DNA of 38,911 nt from an uncultured Planctomycetaceae bacterium. Lineage in GTDB: Bacteria > Planctomycetota > Planctomycetia > Planctomycetales > Planctomycetaceae. Positions 27,515-35,879 of the stretch are shown here, in pieces (position 1 is the stretch's first letter; each line of letters starts with the position of its first letter). The position numbers and the translations under genes are program-made. The stretch spans positions 62,001 through 100,911 of the forward strand of contig CAXBME010000031.1 of NCBI GenBank assembly GCA_963976765.1, read 5' to 3'. The notes below the pieces were generated by a model. That model ran no database searches, was not told the DNA's origin, and was given only the letters and a program-made list of their open reading frames with translations.

Positions 27515-27529
27515 GCAATACGCGTGCCA
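27515..27529 (-). promoter_or_regulatory. Putative sigma54 promoter of the 27410/HEAT unit
   Basis: Minus strand TGGCACGCGTATTGC, a near-consensus TGGCACG-N4-TTGC. Confidence 0.7.
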
Positions 27530-27749
27530 CTCAGGTCCACTTGACGAATTCCGGTGAGTAAAGCCCTGCCAGATGGCTCCTGTCGGAGTAGAACAGCAGT
27601 ATCTCGTTGACTGCGCACCAATACCGCTCAGTCAAAGGAGCGTTTTCGCCCTTGGGATCGCCGGCGACGAATTGCAATGACGAAAAACTGAAACACGTAC
27701 GGGAGTGGAATCCGGCTCAGTACTTTCAATCGATCACGGTTTGTCGTTG

Positions 27750-27765
27750 CGGTATGGAGATTGCT
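27750..27765 (+). promoter_or_regulatory. Putative sigma54 promoter of the stand-alone response regulator
   Basis: CGGTATGGAGATTGCT, GG-N10-GC, about 60 bp upstream of ATG 27823. Confidence 0.5.
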
Positions 27766-27822
27766 GCCAGAGCAAAGCCAGATAGAAAGCGGGCCACTCC
27801 GCGATCATGGAGAAGTAACCTC

Positions 27823-28233
27823 ATGTCAATCACGGATCACGAGAGTGACTCGCCGGTCGTGCTCTATGTTGAGGACGATGACCTGACGCGCGAGCGTGTG
27901 GCTGCACGGTTGCGACGGCAGGGGATCAACCTGATTGCGGCCGGTTCCGGTGAGCAGGCGCTCGAACTGTGCAGTGAGGTGGCTGCTGTGGACGTGGCGC
28001 TGCTCGATCTGGAACTACCAGGCATTAGTGGTCAGGAGACATGGCAGCGATTACGGCGGCGATTTCCTGATGTTGTTGGAGTCGTTTGCAGCGGAGCATT
28101 GGACGATGAAACGCGGCTTGACCTGAAGAAGTGGGGGCTCCGATCTGATTGTTGCCTGTGCAAGCCGTGCCGCTTTCACGAATTACTGGCGGCACTGAAA
28201 CGAGCCGGCAATGCGGGATCATCTTCATCGTGA
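27823..28233 (+). CDS. Single-domain (CheY-like) response regulator
   Basis: VEDD, LLDLELP (phospho-acceptor Asp), CSG and KP motifs. Start at ATG 27823; the ORF track starts at 27607. Confidence 0.85.
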   Translation: MSITDHESDSPVVLYVEDDDLTRERVAARLRRQGINLIAAGSGEQALELCSEVAAVDVALLDLELPGISGQETWQRLRRRFPDVVGVVCSGALDDETRLDLKKWGLRSDCCLCKPCRFHELLAALKRAGNAGSSSS

Positions 28234-28235
28234 GA

Positions 28236-29075
28236 TCACGCTTGTGGTGGGTCGAGGTGTTTCATCAATTCAGTAATTTCATCCGTGTCGCGAATGCCGA
28301 TGACGGTCAGAAATCGCTTATCTGACATCCAGGTCGCTGCGATCTGCCCATCAAAGTGGACAAGTCTGGCTTTTCGACCGTTGAAATCGCACTCTTCCGT
28401 TGGGCGATCTCCGAACCACACAGGTTGATCGACCGCGTGTTCCAACACGGCCACTCGAGTGCCATCTGGAGCGGTACAGAGCGCTTCAACACACAGGCAG
28501 CATGGCATCCGCACCAGATGCACGGAGTCCAGCGTATAACCCTCCGGCAACGAGTTGGCCACGGCAGGTCGGTATTTCACTTCCAGTGTGGCCTGGTCAA
28601 CGTCGACCAGGTCGCTCGGGTAGTTCGCATGCAGCAATTTCTGAGCACGTTCAGGTGATTTCGGGAACTCATTGAGGAACTGGTCAAAGTTGACTGCCAG
28701 GTGCTCGTCGTGGCCGTGGTCCATGGTCTCGTGAACGATGAACGCGAAGCCGAACACCGCGATCAGAACGACCGCGACGGTGGCTCTCGATCGTTTCGAA
28801 TCACGAAACAGATCACGCCAGTTCTTCGCGGGTGCAACGGGCGCAATCGCTGTTGAATCTGAATCCAATGTTGATTCGATCCTGCCCCATAAATCAGCTG
28901 GCGGTTCGAGGGTTGACTGCTCGATGACCAGTGACGAAAGGGCTACGAAGTCAGCGTGCGCCGCAGCGCATGATTCACACTGGCGGACGTGCTGCTCGAC
29001 TGACTGGTGAAGGTCAGACGACAGCTCTCCGTCGTGCAGGGCCGACAGAAGATTGATCGCTTCTGAGCAGTTCAT
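28236..29075 (-). CDS. Zinc-finger (zf-HC2) transmembrane anti-sigma factor
   Basis: MNC...LSALHDGEL...HVRQCESC (HxxxCxxC), one TM helix, C-terminal extracytoplasmic domain; directly after an ECF sigma gene. Confidence 0.88.
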   Translation of the reverse strand: MNCSEAINLLSALHDGELSSDLHQSVEQHVRQCESCAAAHADFVALSSLVIEQSTLEPPADLWGRIESTLDSDSTAIAPVAPAKNWRDLFRDSKRSRATVAVVLIAVFGFAFIVHETMDHGHDEHLAVNFDQFLNEFPKSPERAQKLLHANYPSDLVDVDQATLEVKYRPAVANSLPEGYTLDSVHLVRMPCCLCVEALCTAPDGTRVAVLEHAVDQPVWFGDRPTEECDFNGRKARLVHFDGQIAATWMSDKRFLTVIGIRDTDEITELMKHLDPPQA

Positions 29076-29079
29076 AGTT

Positions 29080-29610
29080 TCATGCCTCCCAACCGAGTTG
29101 GGTCAGCAACTCTTTCAAGTGCGTCCTTGCTCGGTTCAGTCTCGAGGCCACCGTGCCTGCGGATACATCAAGTGTTTCAGCGAGTTCGGCATAACTCAAT
29201 TCCTCGATTTCGCGGAGTACAAAGATCGTTCGGAGTTCCGGTTCCAAACGATCCAGTGCCGCCTGCAGCAGCTCAGCCGACTCGGCAGCCAAGCCAGTTT
29301 GTGAACTGACAACAGGATCGACGTTCAGAGCAATCTCTGGTCGCCGAATTCGGGAGCGGGTGTGTTGCAGGCATTCATTCACTGTCACGCGGTGCAGCCA
29401 CGTTTCAAAGCGGCTGCCACCCGAGAACTGATGAATTGTTCGAAAGACCTTCAGGAAAGTCTGCTGAGTGACATCGGATGCATCCTGCTTACCAACCAGC
29501 CGCACACACAGGCGATAAACGCGCCGAGAGTGCAACTCGTACAACTGCTGCTGAGCAGATCGCTCATTGCTCTGGCAGCCAGAAATGATGTCGGCAAGCG
29601 ATTCAGTCAT
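29080..29610 (-). CDS. ECF RNA polymerase sigma factor
   Basis: DASDVTQQTFLKVF, FETWLHRVTVN, LSYAELAETLDVSAGTVASRLNRAR. Confidence 0.93.
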   Translation of the reverse strand: MTESLADIISGCQSNERSAQQQLYELHSRRVYRLCVRLVGKQDASDVTQQTFLKVFRTIHQFSGGSRFETWLHRVTVNECLQHTRSRIRRPEIALNVDPVVSSQTGLAAESAELLQAALDRLEPELRTIFVLREIEELSYAELAETLDVSAGTVASRLNRARTHLKELLTQLGWEA

Positions 29611-29964
29611 CGAAACAATTCAGGCCACACATTCGCCGACAATTCATTAGATGCCGACCGAGTGCAGTTTCTTCGTGAGTTCTTCAGTGGATTGTCAGAT
29701 AACAGGAATCGAGGCACGCGACATTGTTGACAGGTGTCCGATACAGTCGTGAATTGCCCTCAAAGCTATCTCGAATTCTGTTTCTTCTTTTTAGCCGGAA
29801 GACATCCGAAGCAGAACCGTGGCAAGAAGTTTTCGCCGGGCTGTGATCGAAATGAGCGTTTTCGCCCTTTTCCGCAGAAGAGATTGGGCGAATTTCGGAA
29901 AAAACTGGAAGGCTCGTGAAGAAAGTGCCGTGGCATGGCATCCAACTTCGCGAGGACTTTTTTC

Positions 29965-30360
29965 ATGACCACTCACATCACAATCATTCTGGCTATGCTG
30001 TTGTCGGCGTTTCACACGCCGATGTGCCATTGTCATGGCCAGGGGCTGAATGATTTGTCGTCTGAGGCAAATGGAGTGGAGCAGTGTTGCCACCACTCAT
30101 CACCTGATACTGGTGTCTCGTTACCTTGCCCGGCGCGCCCGGATTGCTGCTGTCGTGTTCACTCAGCGACCGTGGCTATTGACTGCCTGGAGAGTGGCGT
30201 CGCAGTAGATGCCCACCAGGTGATTTGCCACTTCCGAGATGGTGTTGTCTCCGTTCGGTGTATGGCAAACGTGCGAGAAGTCCTTGCATCGAGCACCACA
30301 CCAGGTATCGACACAGGTGGCAGCGCGGTTCTCCTTCGCACCCAGCGTTTGCTGATCTGA
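29965..30360 (+). CDS. Small Cys/His-rich hypothetical protein (DUF2946-like features)
   Basis: Hydrophobic N-terminus; CHCH, CCHH and CCC clusters; C-terminal LLRTQRLLI. GAGGA RBS before ATG 29965. Confidence 0.55.
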   Translation: MTTHITIILAMLLSAFHTPMCHCHGQGLNDLSSEANGVEQCCHHSSPDTGVSLPCPARPDCCCRVHSATVAIDCLESGVAVDAHQVICHFRDGVVSVRCMANVREVLASSTTPGIDTGGSAVLLRTQRLLI

Positions 30361-30558
30361 GTCCGCGAGTCCAGAGTCGAATGTCCAAAGTCCAATGATG
30401 GCTTTCTGGACGAACATGGGCTCTGAAGAACTCCCACTGCCCGGGAGCACGCCGCATGTACTGTGGTTGTTGTCCCACGCTACGCCAGGCACGCCGCCGT
30501 GTGAGTCGGCTCTGGTCTCTCAATTCTCGGCTCTACTTTTTTACTCAAGGAGAACGTC

Positions 30559-30981
30559 ATGCGCTTGTTTCCGATCGTTTCACTGGGACTTATAGCTGCT
30601 GTCGGCTTGTTTCTTGTCGGCTGTGCCGGTTCGGACGGAGATGCCACCACAACGACCGCGTCACCTGCTTCCACGCCTGCTGAGGCTGACCATTCCGATC
30701 ATGGTGATCACGCGGACAACGGGGAGCATTCGGATCACGGAGATCACGGTGGTGGCGACGCGATGGCGAAGATGAATGCTGGCCTCGCGAAGCTGTCAGA
30801 CGTGGATCGAGCATCGGCTGAGAAGCAGCACATGTGCCCGGTCAGCGACGAGATGCTCGGCACGATGGGAGCGCCGATCAAGCTGACGCTCAACGGTCAG
30901 GACGTCTGGATTTGCTGTAACGGCTGTCGCAAGAAAGCCGAAGCCGACCCGGATGCCATTCTCGCGAAAGTCACGAAGTAG
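30559..30981 (+). CDS. His-rich lipoprotein with a YHS/TRASH-like metal-binding domain
   Basis: AAGGAG RBS, lipobox LVGC, DHSDHGDH repeats, QHMCPVSDEMLGTMG...ICCNGC. Confidence 0.8.
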   Translation: MRLFPIVSLGLIAAVGLFLVGCAGSDGDATTTTASPASTPAEADHSDHGDHADNGEHSDHGDHGGGDAMAKMNAGLAKLSDVDRASAEKQHMCPVSDEMLGTMGAPIKLTLNGQDVWICCNGCRKKAEADPDAILAKVTK

Positions 30982-31087
30982 GCGGGTGACGAGGAGCCAG
31001 TGTCGGGAGCTCAGAGATGAGCTCTCGATGCTGGTCGCTCAACTCCCCTTGTACTGGACAGTGGTCGTTCAACTCTGGACTCATCCC

Positions 31088-32374
31088 ATGCCTCAGCCAT
31101 CGCTCGACAGATACGGGATCGACGCAGAACAGCAGGAGCAGCGCAAGCAGTTCCTGATGCTCACGGACGACGATGCTCGGTCCGTTGCCGAACTCCGGCA
31201 GTGGTCGGGCGATGTCGCTGCGGAACTGGCCGATCGGTTCTATCAGCACCTGCTGACTCATCCGGAGTCTGCCAGGTTGCTGAGCTCTCCTGAGCTGGTC
31301 GAGCGTCTGAAGACTGAGCAGACCCGCTATTTCGAAGAACTGCTCGCTGGTGACTACGGAGCGGAGTACTTCGATCGTCGGCTGCAGGTCGGGGCGACTC
31401 ACTATGACATTGGACTGGAACCGCAGCTCTATCTGGGAGCATTCAGTCACTACATGCAGATTGCGTTTCCTGAGTTTGCTAAGCGGCTCGGTACGGACTT
31501 TCCATCGCCATTGCTGTCACTGCTGAAGGTGATTCTGCTGGACATTGGCCTGGCGCTGGAGTCGTACTTTGACAAAGCCACAGAGCAATTCAGACGCCGG
31601 AACCAACAACTTGAGCACGCGTTGCAGATGTACTTTCAGACGGAGATGAAGGCCCAGCGCTACGCCAAGCTGGCGGGACATGAAATTCGGTCATCGTTAA
31701 ATGCCATTGCCAACGCCTGCGAAGAAGTCGTCGAAGACTTTGCCGACGAAATTCCGTCCGAAGCCAGAGACACATTGAGTCGCGCTTTCTCTCGTTGCTG
31801 GAATGTGATGCAGGTTGTCGAAGGGATCCTGTCCGATCCGGAACGTGCCGGTGAACCTCAGTGGGTCGATGCCGGTTCGCTCGTGGATCAGGCAGCCGAG
31901 CGTCTCAAGCTGCATGTGGATGGAGACGATGTTGCGTTTCGTCGTTTCGACGGTGAACCGCAACTGTGGGCCGACCCAGTGGGACTGCGTGAAGTCTTTG
32001 CCAACCTGATCTCGAACGCAGTTCATCACATCGACAAGCCCGCCGCCAGTATTGCAGTGGAGTACTCGACGTCATCCACTGACCACGTGTTTTCGGTCGT
32101 TGATGATGGTCCGGGCATTCCGGCCGAGCGTGTCGAGTCCATCTTCCAGCCGTTCGTTCGTGGCGACGGCGAATCGAATCACAACGGTAAAGGGCTTGGC
32201 CTTTATTTTGTGCAACGCATCGTCCGTGAACATGGTGGATCAATCTGGGTGGAATCTGTGCCCGGTAACGGAAGCCGCTTTTCGTTCACGATTCCACGAG
32301 AGCCACTGGTGCAGCCAGCGTCTTCGGAGCCGGTGTCCTCCAGCGACGATCCTTCAGCGGGAGGTGCGCCGTGA
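31088..32374 (+). CDS. Globin-coupled (protoglobin) sensor histidine kinase
   Basis: Sensor globin motifs RFYQHL and VGATHYDIGL; H-box HEIRSSL; HATPase motifs NLISNA, DDGPGI, IFQPF, GKGLGL. Start at ATG 31088; the ORF track starts at 30953. Confidence 0.9.
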   Translation: MPQPSLDRYGIDAEQQEQRKQFLMLTDDDARSVAELRQWSGDVAAELADRFYQHLLTHPESARLLSSPELVERLKTEQTRYFEELLAGDYGAEYFDRRLQVGATHYDIGLEPQLYLGAFSHYMQIAFPEFAKRLGTDFPSPLLSLLKVILLDIGLALESYFDKATEQFRRRNQQLEHALQMYFQTEMKAQRYAKLAGHEIRSSLNAIANACEEVVEDFADEIPSEARDTLSRAFSRCWNVMQVVEGILSDPERAGEPQWVDAGSLVDQAAERLKLHVDGDDVAFRRFDGEPQLWADPVGLREVFANLISNAVHHIDKPAASIAVEYSTSSTDHVFSVVDDGPGIPAERVESIFQPFVRGDGESNHNGKGLGLYFVQRIVREHGGSIWVESVPGNGSRFSFTIPREPLVQPASSEPVSSSDDPSAGGAP

Positions 32375-32538
32375 CCGATCGAACGACGAAGCAGGGGCGA
32401 AACCGCTCTTGTCCAGAGCGGTGGTGTCACACCAGGGGCGGAGTCCTGGATCAGGACAACACCGAACGGACCGGAATTCCGCAGGATTATTCCGGGAACC
32501 GTGAAGCAGAACAATCGAATCCAGGGTGGCTGCCCGTT

Positions 32539-32553
32539 TGGCACTCGCTTTGC
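32539..32553 (+). promoter_or_regulatory. Putative sigma54 promoter of the 32684 gene
   Basis: TGGCACTCGCTTTGC, GG-N10-GC. Confidence 0.65.
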
Positions 32554-32683
32554 CTTACGTGCTACCGCTCAACACGAGCTATGCAGTCGGCCATTTCCGA
32601 CCTGTTGGACAACTCGGAGAGCTGCCCTTCACCGCTGTTGGGACTGCGGTTTTCTGTTCATTCGATTCACAAGGAGTCGAGCT

Positions 32684-33100
32684 ATGAAACGTCTGATAGG
32701 AGCTCTGTTTGTGGTGGCGCTTGTCGCCGTTACCGCCGGTGTCGTGGATGCTGGCGATCGATTCAACCCGACGGACCGGCAAAGGCCGGGACGCACCTAC
32801 CACGTCTTTCGTCGCACGATGCCAGTCGTCGTGCAGTCAGCACCAACAACGGCTGGCGACGTGATCCGCAGCTTTTCGTTCGAACCCGGCTCGAAAGCAA
32901 CTCCGGTTTCGTCGGGGTGCTGCTGCAAGACGAACTGCGGCTGCAACGTCGCGGACGCTCCGGCAACGGACAACGTGAGGAGTTTCTCTTACGAACCGGA
33001 AGCGGTTGCTGTTCCGGTGGCGGTACCGGCGACCACTCGTCGGTTCGCCAATCGAGCCGCCGAACGGCTCTGGAGGAAACAGCATCCCGGTGTGAAGTAA
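32684..33100 (+). CDS. Secreted hypothetical protein with an internal repeat
   Basis: AAGGAG RBS, signal peptide MKRLIGALFVVALVAV, repeated RSFS(F/Y)EP flanking CCCKTNCGC. The ORF track starts at 32501. Confidence 0.65.
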   Translation: MKRLIGALFVVALVAVTAGVVDAGDRFNPTDRQRPGRTYHVFRRTMPVVVQSAPTTAGDVIRSFSFEPGSKATPVSSGCCCKTNCGCNVADAPATDNVRSFSYEPEAVAVPVAVPATTRRFANRAAERLWRKQHPGVK

Positions 33101-33162
33101 TGCTGAGACACAGGCCCGACGCTGAGCAGCACATGCCAGCGTCGGTTCTTCATTCCGGGCGG

Positions 33163-34065
33163 TCACTCTGCAGCGACCGCGATCAGCGACTGTTGACGAG
33201 TCGTCACCGGCTCGTGCGACAGAGCTTTCGTCACAGCGTGGACCTTTGTGATCCCATCGAGACTGTTGGTCGAGTGGATGTTGTAGACGGCGGCCAGGGC
33301 TGCAGTTTCACCGTCGTCAAGACTCTCTTGCACGCAGTGGATGAACTGCTGGTGGGAGCTGCGCTCGACCAGCTGGCGAACCAGAGCAGCACTTTGAGCG
33401 TAGAACGCTTCGCGGTAGCCAGCCGCCGGAAAGCGTCGCAGGTTCAACAGATCAGTCGGACGGTACACACACCCTCGGTGTACGGAATCCTTGAAAGCGT
33501 CCGCGCGAATCTGCTGTTTGCGTGTCGACTCCGACAGCACGCCGATGCCTTCATCCGCCCACGGTGGCAGTCGGCGACCGTTGAAACGGTCGGCCAGCAC
33601 GACGTGAGTCAGCTCGTGCGGCAGTGCGTCGAGTTCCCAGTGATCAGCATCGATGCGGATATCGATGCGGCGACTCACGATCCGCCCGCCGTCAACCTTC
33701 ATCGTTGCACAGCCGACGGACCGGCCAACGCTGGCTCCCAGCGTCTGCTGATACTCAGCCAGCGAAGTGTGGACAATAACGTCGCACCGTGGAATCCAAT
33801 TGTCAGTGCCGTCAGCGCCGAGCCAAACACCGGAGATCTGCAACCGCAGCATCTCACACCGCGCAGGCAGCGAATCAAGGTCGAGGTGCCGATTGCGGGT
33901 ACAGACGCGGAAATTGTCGGTCTGTTGAATCCACCAGCTGCCCGCTTCATACCGGCGGCAACCCACTTTCGGGATGCCACTTTCTGGCTTCTTCGAAGGC
34001 TCCTGCGCAGCCAGAGCCGAATTCAGCATCAGTGCTGTCAGGAGCAAACTAAATCGCGATTTCAT
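33163..34065 (-). CDS. Secreted HExxH metallopeptidase (peptidase MA-like)
   Basis: Signal peptide from ATG 34065; LPHELTHVV...PPWADEG, FYAQS. Confidence 0.8.
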   Translation of the reverse strand: MKSRFSLLLTALMLNSALAAQEPSKKPESGIPKVGCRRYEAGSWWIQQTDNFRVCTRNRHLDLDSLPARCEMLRLQISGVWLGADGTDNWIPRCDVIVHTSLAEYQQTLGASVGRSVGCATMKVDGGRIVSRRIDIRIDADHWELDALPHELTHVVLADRFNGRRLPPWADEGIGVLSESTRKQQIRADAFKDSVHRGCVYRPTDLLNLRRFPAAGYREAFYAQSAALVRQLVERSSHQQFIHCVQESLDDGETAALAAVYNIHSTNSLDGITKVHAVTKALSHEPVTTRQQSLIAVAAE

Positions 34066-34424
34066 TCGGTTCCACCATGGCCTGTAGAGCAATTTCAGCC
34101 GGGCTCTGAATTCCCACCGAAGCTCCTATCCCGAATGCCGTGCCGATTCATCAGCCAACGATGCCCCCGGCCTTGCGGGGTCGACGTAACTCGTTGCCCG
34201 GTCAAGGGCTGCGAAAAAACGACGAATCGTCGATTCAATCTTGAAGAACGTTTGCAAGCGTCCGCGGTGCTTCGAGAGAAGGCACTCACTGCCTCTCGCG
34301 ACAGCAGCCGTCATTGCCATGCAACGTCGCCTGTCATGCGTCTTAACCGGGCAAGCGGAGATGCTGTGGATTCCCAGTCCCAGAGGACCATGTCATGCAC
34401 TGTTGAAGGGAAGCGAAGTCTGTC

Positions 34425-35765
34425 ATGCACCTGTTGATTGTTGATGATGACCACGAATTTCGCAGCGGAATCGCTCGCCGGCTGAGTCGGCAGGAGCACG
34501 ATGTCTGTGAAGCGGAAAGCGGGGGGGCCGCACTGGCCGCGTTTCAGAGAAGGTCTTTTGAAGTCGCTCTGCTGGATCTCAATATGCCGCAGATGGATGG
34601 TCTTGAACTGCTGCACCGGCTGAAGGAGATCGATCCGCATTGCGAAGTGGTGATGTTGACCGGTGAAGCTTCTGTCGAGACAGCAGTTTCGGCCATGAAA
34701 CTGGGCGCGTTTGACTATCTCCGCAAACCATGCCCGTTCGGGGAGCTTGAACAACTACTGGAGCGCGCGTGGCAGCACCACCGGCTCGGTCGCGAGAACG
34801 AGCAACTTCGTCAGGTCATCGGACGCACGGCACCTTCCGCAGAAATCATTGGCACGTCGCCTGAGATGCAGGACGTGCTGCGGCTGGTTGGCAAAGTAGC
34901 GCCGACAGAAAGCCCGGTGCTGATTCTCGGAGAGAGCGGTACCGGCAAGGAGTTGGTCGCCCGGGCCGTTCATCAGCAGAGTCAACGTGCCTCGCAGCCG
35001 ATGGTCACCATCAACTGCGCCGCGCTGCAGGAATCGTTATTAGAAAGCGAACTGTTCGGCCACGAGAAGGGAGCCTTCACTGGTGCCGTCACCAGCAAGT
35101 CCGGCCTGTTTGAAGTCGCTGACGGCGGCACGCTCTTCATCGACGAACTCGGCGAACTCGCGCCGGCACTGCAGGCAAAGTTGCTGCGAGTTCTGGAAGA
35201 TGGTCACATGCGACGAGTCGGAGCCACGCGTGAGCAGCGGGTTGATGTCCGCATCATTGCCGCGACAAATCGCAATCTCGCGGTAGACGTGGCCGGTGGG
35301 CGATTCCGAGAGGATCTCTACTTCCGCATCAACGTACTGAGCGTCGAGCTGCCGGCTCTCCGCGAGCGGCGGGATGATATTCCTCTGCTGGCGAATCACT
35401 TCCTCAGAACGATTGGACAGGGCTGGAGTTTTGATGAAGCAGCGATGAACGCACTGCGTCATTACTCATGGCCAGGCAACGTGCGCGAGCTGCACAACGT
35501 CATCGAACGCGCCAGCATCCTGGCCGATGGTGACCAGGTGACGTTGTCGGAGCTGCCCCACCAGATTTCCAACCTGCCGCCGGATGCCTTAATCGCCGCT
35601 TCCATTGGCGATACCGACAATCTGGAAGATCGGGAACGACTGCATGTGCAGCGCGTTCTCAACCGCGAAAACTGGAATCGCAACCGCACCGCCGCAGCCT
35701 TGGGCGTCAACCGCCGCAGCCTTTACCGACTCATCCAGAAGCACGGTCTGAGTCCTCAGAAGTAA
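34425..35765 (+). CDS. NtrC/AtoC-family sigma54-dependent response regulator
   Basis: Receiver (VDDD, LLDLNMP); AAA+ motifs GESGTGKE, ESELFGHEKGAFTGA, FREDLYFRIN, WPGNVREL; C-terminal Fis-type HTH. Confidence 0.95.
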   Translation: MHLLIVDDDHEFRSGIARRLSRQEHDVCEAESGGAALAAFQRRSFEVALLDLNMPQMDGLELLHRLKEIDPHCEVVMLTGEASVETAVSAMKLGAFDYLRKPCPFGELEQLLERAWQHHRLGRENEQLRQVIGRTAPSAEIIGTSPEMQDVLRLVGKVAPTESPVLILGESGTGKELVARAVHQQSQRASQPMVTINCAALQESLLESELFGHEKGAFTGAVTSKSGLFEVADGGTLFIDELGELAPALQAKLLRVLEDGHMRRVGATREQRVDVRIIAATNRNLAVDVAGGRFREDLYFRINVLSVELPALRERRDDIPLLANHFLRTIGQGWSFDEAAMNALRHYSWPGNVRELHNVIERASILADGDQVTLSELPHQISNLPPDALIAASIGDTDNLEDRERLHVQRVLNRENWNRNRTAAALGVNRRSLYRLIQKHGLSPQK

Positions 35766-35879
35766 GACGGGGGCAATCGAGTCGGATGAGCCTTATGCAA
35801 CTCCCGTCGGAATTTTGTTTTGCTGACTCGTCACCTGCTTTGAATCGTTACTTATTCTCTTCAGGTGCCGGCACAGGTG

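Noticed and set aside
29936..29952. Sigma54-like TGGCATCCAACTTCGC upstream of the Cys-rich gene
   Set aside because: Spacing is GG-N11-GC, off by one from the strict requirement, and it lies too close to the start codon.
32371..34437. 688-aa ORF on the + strand
   Set aside because: No recognisable motifs. It overlaps a gene with RBS and signal peptide (32684-33100) in another frame and lies antisense to a clear HExxH peptidase, so it is a GC-rich shadow ORF.
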